Positions 10,008-19,250 of a DNA stretch of 64,000 bases are shown here, piece by piece. Positions within the stretch are counted from its first letter, which is position 1. Each line of letters opens with the position of its first letter. The notes beneath the pieces are model-generated. The model ran no database searches. It was not told the origin of the DNA and saw nothing but the letters and a program-made list of their open reading frames with translations. Origin of the DNA: Nitrospirota bacterium (lineage in GTDB: Bacteria; Nitrospirota; Nitrospiria; Nitrospirales; Nitrospiraceae); the NCBI GenBank assembly GCA_963701855.1, contig CAVPBK010000006.1, forward strand, positions 896,001-960,000. Direction: 5' to 3'. The translations under genes and the position numbers were made by a program.

Positions 10008-10949
10008 CTAGACAGGGACGGGAACGGTTTCGACGATGTCGAGCACCATACGCTCCGCCTGTTCGAAGCTCTGTGTCCGCATGCCATGGGTCCGATTCAG
10101 CATGACACGGTGAGACAACACGATCGGCGCCAATTCCTTGATGTCGTCGGGAAGACAATAGTCGCGTCCACGAACGACCGCCAATGCCTTGGCCGCTTTG
10201 CTCAGTGCCAGCGCTCCACGTGTGCTGACTCCCAGGGATAGAAACTCGCTCTGACGGGTCGCTTGCACGATCGCGAGCAGATAGTCCGTCACGCTCTCGT
10301 CCATGTGGACCTGATCCACACGAGCCTGCAAGGCCAATACTTCGCGTGCTGACAGCACCGCCATCAATGTTTCAGCGGGATGCAACGAATGTGGCCGGCC
10401 GAGCACCTTTCTCTCCTCTTCGAGCGTGGGATATCCAATACAGAGGCGCATCAGAAACCGGTCGAGTTGGGATTCTGGAAGGGGGAAGGTTCCGTGATAT
10501 TCGGCAGGATTCTGCGTGGCGATAACCATAAAAGGCTGCTCAAGTGGATGCGTCTGATTGTCGACGGAAATCTGTGCTTCACTCATCGCTTCCAAGAGAC
10601 TGCTCTGGGTCTTTGGCGTGGTGCGATTGATCTCATCTGCCAGTACAACATTGGCGAAGATCGGACCCGGTATGAACTCAAACCCCTGTTTTTGCCGGTT
10701 GAACATGGAGACGCCGACGATGTCTGAAGGTAAGAGATCGCTGGTGAATTGAATGCGCTTGAATGAGCAGTCAAGTGATCGGGCCAAGCTGTGTGCCAGT
10801 GTGGTTTTGCCGACGCCAGGCACATCTTCGAGTAGAAGATGGCCACGGGCCAACAGGCAAACCACCGCCATCTCGATCACATGGCTCTTCCCCTTGATGA
10901 CCAGCGCAATATTGTCCTGGATTGACCGGATGGTGTGAGGTGAACTCAT
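10008..10949 (-). CDS. moxR: MoxR-family AAA+ ATPase
   Basis: EDVPGVGKT, RIQFTSDLLPSDI, LADEINR, ATQNP, FPLPESQLDRF. Confidence 0.95.
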   Translation of the reverse strand: MSSPHTIRSIQDNIALVIKGKSHVIEMAVVCLLARGHLLLEDVPGVGKTTLAHSLARSLDCSFKRIQFTSDLLPSDIVGVSMFNRQKQGFEFIPGPIFANVVLADEINRTTPKTQSSLLEAMSEAQISVDNQTHPLEQPFMVIATQNPAEYHGTFPLPESQLDRFLMRLCIGYPTLEEERKVLGRPHSLHPAETLMAVLSAREVLALQARVDQVHMDESVTDYLLAIVQATRQSEFLSLGVSTRGALALSKAAKALAVVRGRDYCLPDDIKELAPIVLSHRVMLNRTHGMRTQSFEQAERMVLDIVETVPVPV

Positions 10950-11123
10950 GTTGGAATTACTAGTGGTCCTGGTAGTTCAGGAATGCATGGTGATCTGACA
11001 CGATCGAAGTCTAACAAAGGGGCTGTGGATGGTCAATTTTCGCATGAGTTCTTGCATCGACCAGTCTGGGAAAGTCGATTCGTAAGGCTTTGCGCCGACA
11101 GGGCTGTTCGCGTTCAGCCTTAT

Positions 11124-11311
11124 CAGGCTGCGGAAAGTCTATATTCTGCACACGAGAACTTCGATGGTTCACCTATCGAGGACAAACCCAGCCTGTCTTG
11201 TTATCTGGCCTGTCTGGTCCATCTGGTTAGTCTCATGCAACCAAACAAACCGGCAGACCGAATAGAGCAAATAAACAAGACAGGCTGGCAGACTTTTTCA
11301 GCCTCTTGCTA
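11124..11311. mobile_element. MITE-like element with an internal ~9-nt periodic palindrome
   Basis: ends CAGGCTGCGGAAAGTCT...AGACTTTTTCAGCCTCTTG; internal 15-bp IR CCAGCCTGTCTTGTT/AACAAGACAGGCTGG (11188-11288); core resembles 47895-47962. Confidence 0.6.
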
Positions 11312-12622
11312 TTCCGGCACGAGGATCAGCATCCAGGGAGGGCTTTCTTCGACCATGTCAGAAAACCGTCGGGCGGTACTGCTGGCGGGAAATCCAGGAA
11401 AGATGGCTCCACGGCGAATCTGAATGGAGCGGAAACGATAGGAGGAGCCCTGCGTTGGGAGGTAAGGAAGGACTCGTGGAATCTCTTTGCGCAATGGACC
11501 GAAGTCCGACATATTGATGGTCTCGCCGACCTCAAGACGCGAAAGCCGCTCGAAAACTTCGCCGAAGACCGTAGAGAGATTGTCTGGTGTGAACGGCTGA
11601 TTATTCGGTCGATAGCGGCTGTCATCAAGGAGTTGCGCCAGGATTTCCCAGAATACTTGCGTATCGACGGCTCCAAGGACAGAGAGAAATCCTCGGTGCG
11701 CCACTAGGTTGAGCAGGGCGAGGGGGCCTCGAATCTCGAACTTCCATGGCGGAAAGAGGAGTACACGGTCTCCATGCTGGACCTCAAGGGCCCCTTCACC
11801 AGAAAAGTTGGTCTGTCGAAACGTCCCTTTGGTTCGATGGAGCTCTTGAGTGATGACCTGCTCAGATAATCGGGTCGGTTCATAGGCAAACGTGGGTGTC
11901 GCGGGAGCCCAGCAGGTCGCGATCGTATAGCGAGGTGCGAGCTTCCCAGTTTGATCGAGGTGGCCCAGGTCGAACATATCCTGGTTCCCGTAGAATTGAA
12001 ACGAGAGCCCGGTCCGAGACCGCAAACCGTTGAGTCGCTCCCGTTCCGGATGAAGCGGACCACCCAGCTTTGAGCCTGGCTGAAGCCGATCGAGGCTATG
12101 AAGAATCAACTCACGCTGTCGCTGTTGAAGGGGAGCCACGTATTGCTCGACGAGTTCCGTGGCAAACGAGAGGTCACCGGCTCCCAGATCGAGTAAGGAA
12201 GCCACGTCTGTCTCAAGCAAGAGGTCAAAGGGATTGGAGTGGGAGTGGGCAAACACTTCAACCTCTTCGCTCCGCAAAGAAGTCACTGGCCACTGCGCCG
12301 CTAGTCCCTCAATGATGCCGAACCACACGCAGAGGGCCCGCACAGCCTTTGTCGGGGGGAGCCCTGTGAGCTCTTTGAGCCGGGGGCCTGGAAGATCCTG
12401 AATTCGTAAGGCCTCTGAGTTTCCTAACGCCAGGGTGATCGCATCTCGGATGATGACGGGAAGGTCGACGCGGTGAGCTGCTTCGATCAACCGTTTCAAC
12501 GTCGCGGTGAGCTGCTTCGCCTCAACAAGCTTGCGTGAGGCCTCCCACTCCTTGTCGCGTTCCTGCAAGAGCTGGGTGACCTGCGAACGAAAGTCTGCGA
12601 GGATCTGCGCGGTAGAACTCAT
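11309..12622 (-). CDS. hypothetical protein with a methyltransferase-like motif
   Basis: 437 aa; LLDLGAGDLSF resembles SAM-binding motif I; helical N-terminus. Confidence 0.75.
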   Translation of the reverse strand: MSSTAQILADFRSQVTQLLQERDKEWEASRKLVEAKQLTATLKRLIEAAHRVDLPVIIRDAITLALGNSEALRIQDLPGPRLKELTGLPPTKAVRALCVWFGIIEGLAAQWPVTSLRSEEVEVFAHSHSNPFDLLLETDVASLLDLGAGDLSFATELVEQYVAPLQQRQRELILHSLDRLQPGSKLGGPLHPERERLNGLRSRTGLSFQFYGNQDMFDLGHLDQTGKLAPRYTIATCWAPATPTFAYEPTRLSEQVITQELHRTKGTFRQTNFSGEGALEVQHGDRVLLFPPWKFEIRGPLALLNLVAHRGFLSVLGAVDTQVFWEILAQLLDDSRYRPNNQPFTPDNLSTVFGEVFERLSRLEVGETINMSDFGPLRKEIPRVLPYLPTQGSSYRFRSIQIRRGAIFPGFPASSTARRFSDMVEESPPWMLILVPE

Positions 12623-12758
12623 AAGCCGGTTGGTGTGGGGTCAGGATCGTAGATCTGTCGCTGCCAGTTGATGAATATCTGACAGCATAGCGACCTGGTC
12701 CAGGAGCGTCAAGGTCGCCATATTGCCCATCCCGAGAAACCTGTGTTAGGTAAAGGCT

Positions 12759-13781
12759 ATGTGGAAGACACCGGTGCAGCTCGCGATGCGAGCAATCTTC
12801 GTCACATTCAGGGTGGTGATGGTCGTCGGGGCATTGTGCTTCAGTGTGGCCTGCACGAGCGGAGGGGGCGCCAGATCTTCTGCCACCTCACAAGACGGGA
12901 ATCGCGCGCCGCTCAAGGAATGGCAGATCATTGATACGGCAACGGGACAACCAGTCTCTTTCGACCAATGGACGACATTGTTGCTCCAGCAGGACATTAT
13001 TTATCTGGGCGAGGAGCATCATAATCGGTTTCATATCGAGGCGGCGATGACGGTGCTGCGAAAATTGAAGGCGGAGGGGCGTACACCGGCCTTGGCCATG
13101 GAAATGTTCGGCTGGGACGGCCAATCGGCACTTGATCAATATCTTTTCGGGTTAGACATGAACCGCCAGGAATTCCTAGAGGCCGTCCGATGGCAACAGA
13201 ACTGGGGTGGCCTGTTTGAGGATTACGAACCGCTGGTTCAGCTGGCGAAAGAGCACCATTGGACTGTGGACGCCATGAATCCTCCGAAGCCGTTGGTGCG
13301 AATCGTCGCCAAGAACGGTCTGGTTCAAGCAGCATCTGATCCCATGATGGCGCAATGGGACATGAAGGATGAGGCCATTGTCGATGATCCGATCTACCGA
13401 GCCCGTATTCTTGAGCAACTCCGGGCCTGTCACGGCAAGGGAGACGACAGCCTCTATCAGACGATGCTCGACGCCTCCATGTTTCGTGACGAAGGGATGG
13501 CCAAGACATTGGTCCATCGCCTTAACCAGATTCGTTCGGTGAGCAATACGATGGCTGGGCCCCTGGTAAGCTATACAGGGGCCGGACACATTCAGTACAA
13601 CCTTCCAGTTCCAAAGCGAGTCGCCCGACGCCTGACTGATCAGGTCCGCCAGATCAGCGTCTATATGACGTCGTTCGAAGTGGGGCGCAGCGAGGAAATA
13701 CAAGGTATGATCCACGAGAAGGTTGCGGACTACCTGTGGCTGACACCGGTCAGTGCGAAGGGGCCGCCGCGCCGCTGTTGA
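12759..13781 (+). CDS. ChaN-family (haem-uptake/Tiki superfamily) lipoprotein
   Basis: lipobox SVAC; IIYLGEEHHN, LAMEMF, RDEGMA, GAGHIQY. Confidence 0.85.
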   Translation: MWKTPVQLAMRAIFVTFRVVMVVGALCFSVACTSGGGARSSATSQDGNRAPLKEWQIIDTATGQPVSFDQWTTLLLQQDIIYLGEEHHNRFHIEAAMTVLRKLKAEGRTPALAMEMFGWDGQSALDQYLFGLDMNRQEFLEAVRWQQNWGGLFEDYEPLVQLAKEHHWTVDAMNPPKPLVRIVAKNGLVQAASDPMMAQWDMKDEAIVDDPIYRARILEQLRACHGKGDDSLYQTMLDASMFRDEGMAKTLVHRLNQIRSVSNTMAGPLVSYTGAGHIQYNLPVPKRVARRLTDQVRQISVYMTSFEVGRSEEIQGMIHEKVADYLWLTPVSAKGPPRRC

Positions 13782-14375
13782 AAAAGCCCCCATAAGCATT
13801 AGGAGTGATGGGTACAGAACGCTTCTCTGGTGATCACTGAAGACCTCTGCCCATATTACGCCTAACGAATGCATGAAGGAGGAAACTGACGCCAGCCAAG
13901 CGGGTGATTGCACAATGGACGCCATGCATTGTCGAAGTGGGTTCAAGCATTTTCTATTGATGTCAATGCGGTCGATCGAAAACGCAACTGTGTTTCGATG
14001 GATCTCGTGCTGAGTATGGAGTTCTCGCCGATGAAGGTTCACTTTGAAGTGAAGAAACAGGTAGCTTTCTGTGGCCCTAAGCAGACGAAAAATCCTCCCA
14101 TCTGTGGTGTGTCTCACTTGTGAATTGGCAGGGCTGCGGAAACACTATCGTCTGTCGCGCGCGAGACAGACGGGTTGAGCGAGACTGGCGAGACACTTGG
14201 AGTCAGAGCTTGCGAGTCGAGCCAGGAGTGCCCGTCGCGCGCTCGATGGCGATGAGATAAGCCAGCGTGATGCAACTACTTGCTGGGAAACGGTGAACCC
14301 TTGACAGTTTTCCAGGTCTGTCTCAGACTATGCAGCAACAGCATCTGGAATTGTTAGCGATTGGGAACGCAGCGC

Positions 14376-15278
14376 ATGCGAAACAAGATCCCCTGTTCCG
14401 CTGAGCGGTTAAGCCTCCTGGATCCCCCCATGATCCAGGCGGTGGTTGATCGCAATGCCTTTCACATCGGCAATCAGTACCTCTCTGAAAATCGCGTTCG
14501 GATCGTCGAGGCCGATGATGCCCAGATTTCGTCCGCCGTCATCGGGAATTCAGGACTTTACGAACAGACGATCCGTCTCAAGGAGGGGCATCTCATCTCT
14601 AAATGCAGCTGTGCCTTGCCGGAAGAGCCGATGTGTCGACATTGTATTGCGGTCCTGTTGGAATACCATCGCTGGGCGCAGCCGAGAAATGGCCAGCAGA
14701 AGAAAGCGAAACCGTCCGCAGCCCCACAACCAACAGAGGCCACTCCGAATCGCGACAACACACCTGCGCCGAGTCCCGCTTCGACGACCGATCTGAAGCT
14801 GGGCGAGGTGATGGCACTCGTCGAATGGCTGCAACCCGCGATAAAGGCGTTGGAGCGCGGGCAACCGTTGCCTGACTCGCCAAAGCTCGGCGGGGATCTC
14901 GCTCTCTGGGTTCAGGCCATTCGTTCCCTGGAGGAACGCCGCCGCGAGAGCGAAGAGATACGGATCAACCTGGAGTCCGACATGCGGGATCGGGAAGCCT
15001 ATGTCGGCCGATTGACGCAACAGTTGCAAGCTTCGATGGAAGAGATCAAGGCCACCCAAGCCAGGTCTCAGCAACTGCAGCAGGAACTGAGCGCTTGCAA
15101 AGAGATACTCGTAAAGGTTTCCGAGGTTGCCTCCGAGGTTGGGAGCTATGGCAGCCAACTCAAGTCTGTCGCGGGTGAAGTGATGTCAAAGGGATCACAG
15201 CTTGACAAGCTCTCTCAATCATTCAGGGAAGTCTCGACGGCATTGAAAGCGCTTGCCAAGACCTCTGCAGACTCCTAA
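14376..15278 (+). CDS. SWIM zinc-finger protein with a coiled-coil C-terminus
   Basis: CSC...CRH SWIM motif; heptad-rich tail; TTGACA at 14301; ATG at 14376 preferred over TTG at 14361. Confidence 0.85.
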   Translation: MRNKIPCSAERLSLLDPPMIQAVVDRNAFHIGNQYLSENRVRIVEADDAQISSAVIGNSGLYEQTIRLKEGHLISKCSCALPEEPMCRHCIAVLLEYHRWAQPRNGQQKKAKPSAAPQPTEATPNRDNTPAPSPASTTDLKLGEVMALVEWLQPAIKALERGQPLPDSPKLGGDLALWVQAIRSLEERRRESEEIRINLESDMRDREAYVGRLTQQLQASMEEIKATQARSQQLQQELSACKEILVKVSEVASEVGSYGSQLKSVAGEVMSKGSQLDKLSQSFREVSTALKALAKTSADS

Positions 15279-15338
15279 GACTTCTGGCCCAACCTCGTTC
15301 AATTTGCTCTCCAAGCTCCATGCATATCTCCGGGGCTA

Positions 15339-15368
15339 TTGCGTCTTGTCTGGCAACTTCAGTATAAT
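15339..15368 (+). promoter_or_regulatory. sigma-70 promoter
   Basis: TTGCGT-18 nt-TATAAT upstream of the 15416 ORF. Confidence 0.55.
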
Positions 15369-15415
15369 TTTTCCCTCGTTTTATTCATTTGATCCGAGGA
15401 AGGGAGGAATAAGTC

Positions 15416-15607
15416 ATGAAAAGGATTTGTGCAGGGATTGTCATGGTGGCAGGTACAGTCCTGCTAGCTGGTCCAGCCTACGTTCTAGCGAACGAGCCAA
15501 AGGGTGAGGGTCCGCCTGATTATAGCGGGATCTCCAGCATATATTTCGTATTGATAGGATTGATTCTAGCTTACGGCGTCTACGATTCGTTTTTTAAAAA
15601 GCTCTAG
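15416..15607 (+). CDS. small membrane protein (signal peptide plus one TM helix)
   Basis: 63 aa; strong GGAGG RBS and promoter; two hydrophobic segments. Confidence 0.75.
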   Translation: MKRICAGIVMVAGTVLLAGPAYVLANEPKGEGPPDYSGISSIYFVLIGLILAYGVYDSFFKKL

Positions 15608-15645
15608 CAGGATGATGAAAATTCTTCCAGCAGCGCCCCTGTCCG

Positions 15646-15870
15646 TCATCCCGTCCACGGCACACAACTCGTCACGATTGTATGGTTGGTGAGGCAGGAG
15701 AATGCGCCGCTGAACAACGACTTCGCACAGTAGTCCTTTGATCTAACCGCAGTGAGAACATTCACGGGGCGTAGAGGCGCGGTTGCCTGAATTGTCTCAA
15801 ATACGGCTGGTCCATCTCCATTGAGCAATTTAGTATCGAGCAAAACAACTGCAAGGTCGACAGTCTGCAC
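15646..15870 (-). pseudogene. degenerate response-regulator receiver fragment
   Basis: DLAVVLLDTKLLNGDG...PVNVLTA...GAFSCLTN resembles the second half of a REC domain; no N-terminus, conserved KP lost. Confidence 0.5.
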
Positions 15871-15925
15871 CTAGGCCAGCCCATCGCAACAGGTCGCGAT
15901 TCCCGTCACACAAAATCATTCATGC

Positions 15926-15971
15926 TCAACTGGTGATTCCCCGTAGCGTACTACGGGGAATCACCAGTTGA
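15926..15971. repeat. perfect 21-bp inverted repeat with a 4-nt loop
   Basis: TCAACTGGTGATTCCCCGTAG-CGTA-CTACGGGGAATCACCAGTTGA. Confidence 0.9.
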
Positions 15972-16266
15972 AGTTGTCGGCGATCGTCAAATTAGGGCCG
16001 CTTCTGTTACGATGCGCGGTGGCCACTGTATGTTCCGCGCTTGTAATGATGGTTACGAACTCGGAAAACCCAAGCCCGCCAGTTCCGAAGTCGAGACTAC
16101 TGTCTGTCACCATAAGAATCTTCTGTGGACAAAGAAACTTCCGGATAATTTCCAAAAGTCTGTTTCCGTTAAATTGCAGTTCAAGGTCTGCATTGCTATC
16201 TCTATTTATATGTTCTGGAAGTAATGGGTAAGGTGGCCGTGGCCATGAATTCATGGCCACCATCAC
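15961..16266 (-). CDS. hypothetical protein, possibly truncated
   Basis: 101 aa, lower GC; overlaps the upstream gene's stop; its stop falls inside the perfect palindrome. Confidence 0.45.
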   Translation of the reverse strand: MMVAMNSWPRPPYPLLPEHINRDSNADLELQFNGNRLLEIIRKFLCPQKILMVTDSSLDFGTGGLGFSEFVTIITSAEHTVATAHRNRSGPNLTIADNFNW

Positions 16267-16679
16267 TCAATGGATGGTTGTGACAGAGCGGTGGCCTGAG
16301 TGCCCCTCTCAACCTGGCAGGCTGTTCCATTGACAGTGATCCCGGCACGAGGGGACACGTTCATCGTCTGACCGACCAATCGAGGTCGCCCCGCGCGGAG
16401 CGCGTTTGTTCGTTTTGGGAATGGCCCCTGACGCACGACCTCCATCTCTGCCAAGGAAGTCCGTATGGACTGAGCGATCAGCCATGCGAGCGTCAAACTC
16501 GGGCTCCAATACACAGCATCGCGTAAACGATCTACAAGATCACCGGGGAGACTGACCGTTAGCCGGATCTTTCGAGACTCTTGCCGGTTGGCCCTGCCCA
16601 GTTTGAAAGACGGACTAATCATCCCGTTGTGATCATTTTTTATCGAGTGATTTTGAACGGCCTGATTGCTCAACGACAT
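16263..16679 (-). CDS. hypothetical protein, ribbon-helix-helix-like DNA-binding candidate
   Basis: KIRLTVSLPGDLVDRLRDAVYW...LAWLIAQSI beta-alpha-alpha pattern; GGAGAG RBS before ATG 16679. Confidence 0.65.
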   Translation of the reverse strand: MSLSNQAVQNHSIKNDHNGMISPSFKLGRANRQESRKIRLTVSLPGDLVDRLRDAVYWSPSLTLAWLIAQSIRTSLAEMEVVRQGPFPKRTNALRAGRPRLVGQTMNVSPRAGITVNGTACQVERGTQATALSQPSIE

Positions 16680-16991
16680 TGTATTTCTCTCCAAGTTGCT
16701 CAGAAGTGCGGTAGTCCTCGAACTATGGTCTAACTCTCACGCCTCAGCCAGCCCCGACAGATGGGAGGGCCGCGCCTCTGCTGAAAAACGACAGGACGCG
16801 GCCCCGATGGCAAAAGCGTATGGCGGTGGGAGGGCTCCAGATGGGCATAATCCAGAGGTAGTCCCACCTGCATGAGAGGTAACCCTCTTGAGTGGGGACC
16901 CACCGGCGTTTCGCTTCGCCAAATAATGTCCAGTTCCTGACAATCGGTTTTGTCCTCTGTAAATCGGACGACGAGAGGACTACAGCCGTAC

Positions 16992-17007
16992 AGCAACCCC
17001 CGTACCA
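16992..17007 (-). promoter_or_regulatory. sigma-54 promoter
   Basis: minus strand TGGTAC-GGGGG-TTGCT, one mismatch from TGGCAC-N5-TTGCW; IHF-like site at 17045-17057. Confidence 0.7.
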
Positions 17008-17187
17008 AAGCTTTCTTGATCAAAGTATTTCGAGGCTTGCTATGTAAGTCGTTGAGTACGCTTGATTTGGCGATTGAGCCACAAAGACGAGCCTACGGGA
17101 CAGAGGGGTATCTTATTCGGTACGCTTCTTATCCTGCGAGATACAGCCACGGGGGAGTGCAGTAGAAGAAACTGCGTGGGACCAGAT

Positions 17188-17700
17188 CTATTGGTGGAGA
17201 TGCTTCATCGCGGCGGCACAGAGGAGGATAAAGAGGCCGATCCAGAGCGCGGCTTGTTGAAAGGGGATCGCTTCGTAGGATTCTTCTGCGTTTTCTTCTG
17301 CGTCGTCGGACTTGAAGAGCACCGTGTACAGAAAGAGCGTGAGAAGACAGAGGACGAGAAACAGTTTGACAAAGAAGACGGTTAGGTACTTCGCATGGTG
17401 CTCAATCCCGCTGCCGGTTTGCGAGGTAATGGCCTGATTGACATAGTGGAAATTGATGCCACCGGTAAACAGCAGAACGACGAGCAGGATGCCCGCGACT
17501 TTCTTGTAATGCTGGTAGAACGCATCGGTGATCGGCTTAATCTGCTCCTTGGCAACAGCCTTCTTCAGCCCAGGAGTGACAGCCATGACGAGGAACGCGA
17601 GTCCGCCGATCCAGATGACCGCCGACAACAAATGGATCCAATGATTGATGATCGGGATCAGCGTATTGGAATCGGTGACGAGGCTTTTGAGATCGTCCAT
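17188..17700 (-). CDS. CopD/DUF4149-like four-TM membrane protein
   Basis: HWIHLLSAVIWIGGLAF, LFTGG, VKLFLV; four hydrophobic helices. Confidence 0.8.
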   Translation of the reverse strand: MDDLKSLVTDSNTLIPIINHWIHLLSAVIWIGGLAFLVMAVTPGLKKAVAKEQIKPITDAFYQHYKKVAGILLVVLLFTGGINFHYVNQAITSQTGSGIEHHAKYLTVFFVKLFLVLCLLTLFLYTVLFKSDDAEENAEESYEAIPFQQAALWIGLFILLCAAAMKHLHQ

Positions 17701-17787
17701 TCTCAGGACTCGTGATGCGTGATTTATGATGGGCGATGGGTGCTAAATAAAAAACCGGCGCAGGCGAGATTGCGCTTTCTTAACGCA

Positions 17788-19185
17788 TCACTCATCACGC
17801 TCAAATTTAAAGACCGGCGTTTCGTTGCCGAATCGTTTCTTGCGGAGTTCTTCCATCAGCTCGATGGTAATCAGAGGGATGTTATTTTCTCGTGCGTGCT
17901 TTTCTACGCCCTTTTTCACCATGGCGCGCAAGAAGTAGGGAATCCGGTTGAGTCGAGTTTCTGAATCCTCATCCCACGCCACAGGGCTTTCTTCCGGCGT
18001 ATTAAATGCGACCTTGATCTTCTCGCCACCCTTCGGCGTATACAGACACCATTGATCTTCATCCAGCCAGTCACCGTGATCGACGTAGGGACGTGCGCGG
18101 CAGCCGCCACAGATATCCGTGTATTCGCAATCACCGCATTTACCTTTCAATTGAGGATAGCGGAAGGAATTGAAGACATCCGACTTTTCCCATAGATCGA
18201 CGAAGCTGGTCTCGCGGATATTTCCGGCAGACAATGGCATGTAGGGGCAAGGGGTCAATTCGCCATTAGGAGTCACGCGCGCGTAGTTGGTTCCGGCTAG
18301 GCAACCGCCTCCCATATACCCGGTCGCTTTGGTGATCGGAGAGTTTGGGTCTTTCTCATACGCGAGCCGTTTGAAATGCGGTGCACAACGGGCTCTGACG
18401 AGCATGCCCTTGTAATTATCCTGACAGTTAACCAGGTAGCCGAGCACCTCTTCGTACTGGGCCGGAGTGATGTCGGTGAGTTCCTCGCCACGGCCAGTGC
18501 AAACCATGAAGAACACATTGAGTACCTTGGCGCCAAGCCGGTGCGCCCACTCGATCACTTCAGGCAGTTCCTGGTAATTCATGGGCTGTGCGCTGAAATG
18601 CACTTGGAAGGCCAGCCCGTTCCGCTTGCAAGCCTCGATACCGGCGAGTGCGGCCTCCCATGCGCCGGGCACGCCGCGAAAACGATTATGCTTCTGGGGA
18701 TCGAGCGAATCGATGCTGATGCCCATGCCCATCACGCCGATCTCGACCAGCTCCTTCGCCATCCTGTCATCGATCAACATGCCGTTGGTCCCGAACACCA
18801 CCATGAAACCGAGTTTCACGGCATGGCGCGCGATATCGAGGATGTCAGGACGGACAAGCGGTTCACCTCCCGTGATCACAAGGAGACAGCCCTTATTGAC
18901 CTCGGCAATCTGATCGATGAGCTTGTAGCACTCTTCGGTCGAGAGTTCATCATCCCCGCCGGCGGATTTCGTCGTCGCGTCGAGATAACAATGGTCGCAT
19001 TTAAGGTTGCAGCGTTTCGTGAGGTTCAGGGCGATGAGATAGGGCTTGAAGTCATCAACCGTTCGGCCGTCGTGCGGCGCAGAAGCCGTGGATGGCGGAG
19101 TAAAGAACTGCGATACCTGCTGCTGGATGCTTCCGAACGCACCCGGGAGAGACAGGGCATTGAAAATTGGAAGAGATTTACCCAT
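17788..19185 (-). CDS. radical SAM/SPASM protein (AhbD/NirJ-like) with a C-terminal PCP_red domain
   Basis: CNLKCDHC, TGGEPL, CAPH, GCLAG...PCPY...KGKCGDCEY..ICGGCRAR; tail WDEDSETRLNRIPYFLRAMVKKGVEKHARE. Confidence 0.85.
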   Translation of the reverse strand: MGKSLPIFNALSLPGAFGSIQQQVSQFFTPPSTASAPHDGRTVDDFKPYLIALNLTKRCNLKCDHCYLDATTKSAGGDDELSTEECYKLIDQIAEVNKGCLLVITGGEPLVRPDILDIARHAVKLGFMVVFGTNGMLIDDRMAKELVEIGVMGMGISIDSLDPQKHNRFRGVPGAWEAALAGIEACKRNGLAFQVHFSAQPMNYQELPEVIEWAHRLGAKVLNVFFMVCTGRGEELTDITPAQYEEVLGYLVNCQDNYKGMLVRARCAPHFKRLAYEKDPNSPITKATGYMGGGCLAGTNYARVTPNGELTPCPYMPLSAGNIRETSFVDLWEKSDVFNSFRYPQLKGKCGDCEYTDICGGCRARPYVDHGDWLDEDQWCLYTPKGGEKIKVAFNTPEESPVAWDEDSETRLNRIPYFLRAMVKKGVEKHARENNIPLITIELMEELRKKRFGNETPVFKFERDE

Positions 19186-19250
19186 AAATAGCCTGGCACT
19201 GAGTTGGAAATGATGGAAGTAAACCGGTGCTCTTACTCAGCACTCAGGAC

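Noticed and set aside
11188..11288. Periodic tracts as a CRISPR array
   Set aside because: Units are 6-9 nt, degenerate and palindromic, with no repeat-spacer pattern or cas genes
13176..14117. 313-aa minus-strand ORF
   Set aside because: Mostly antisense to ChaN, with no protein-like motifs
16740..16980. Known riboswitch (c-di-GMP, cobalamin, c-di-AMP)
   Set aside because: Diagnostic conserved motifs not found by eye; kept only as an unclassified structured RNA candidate
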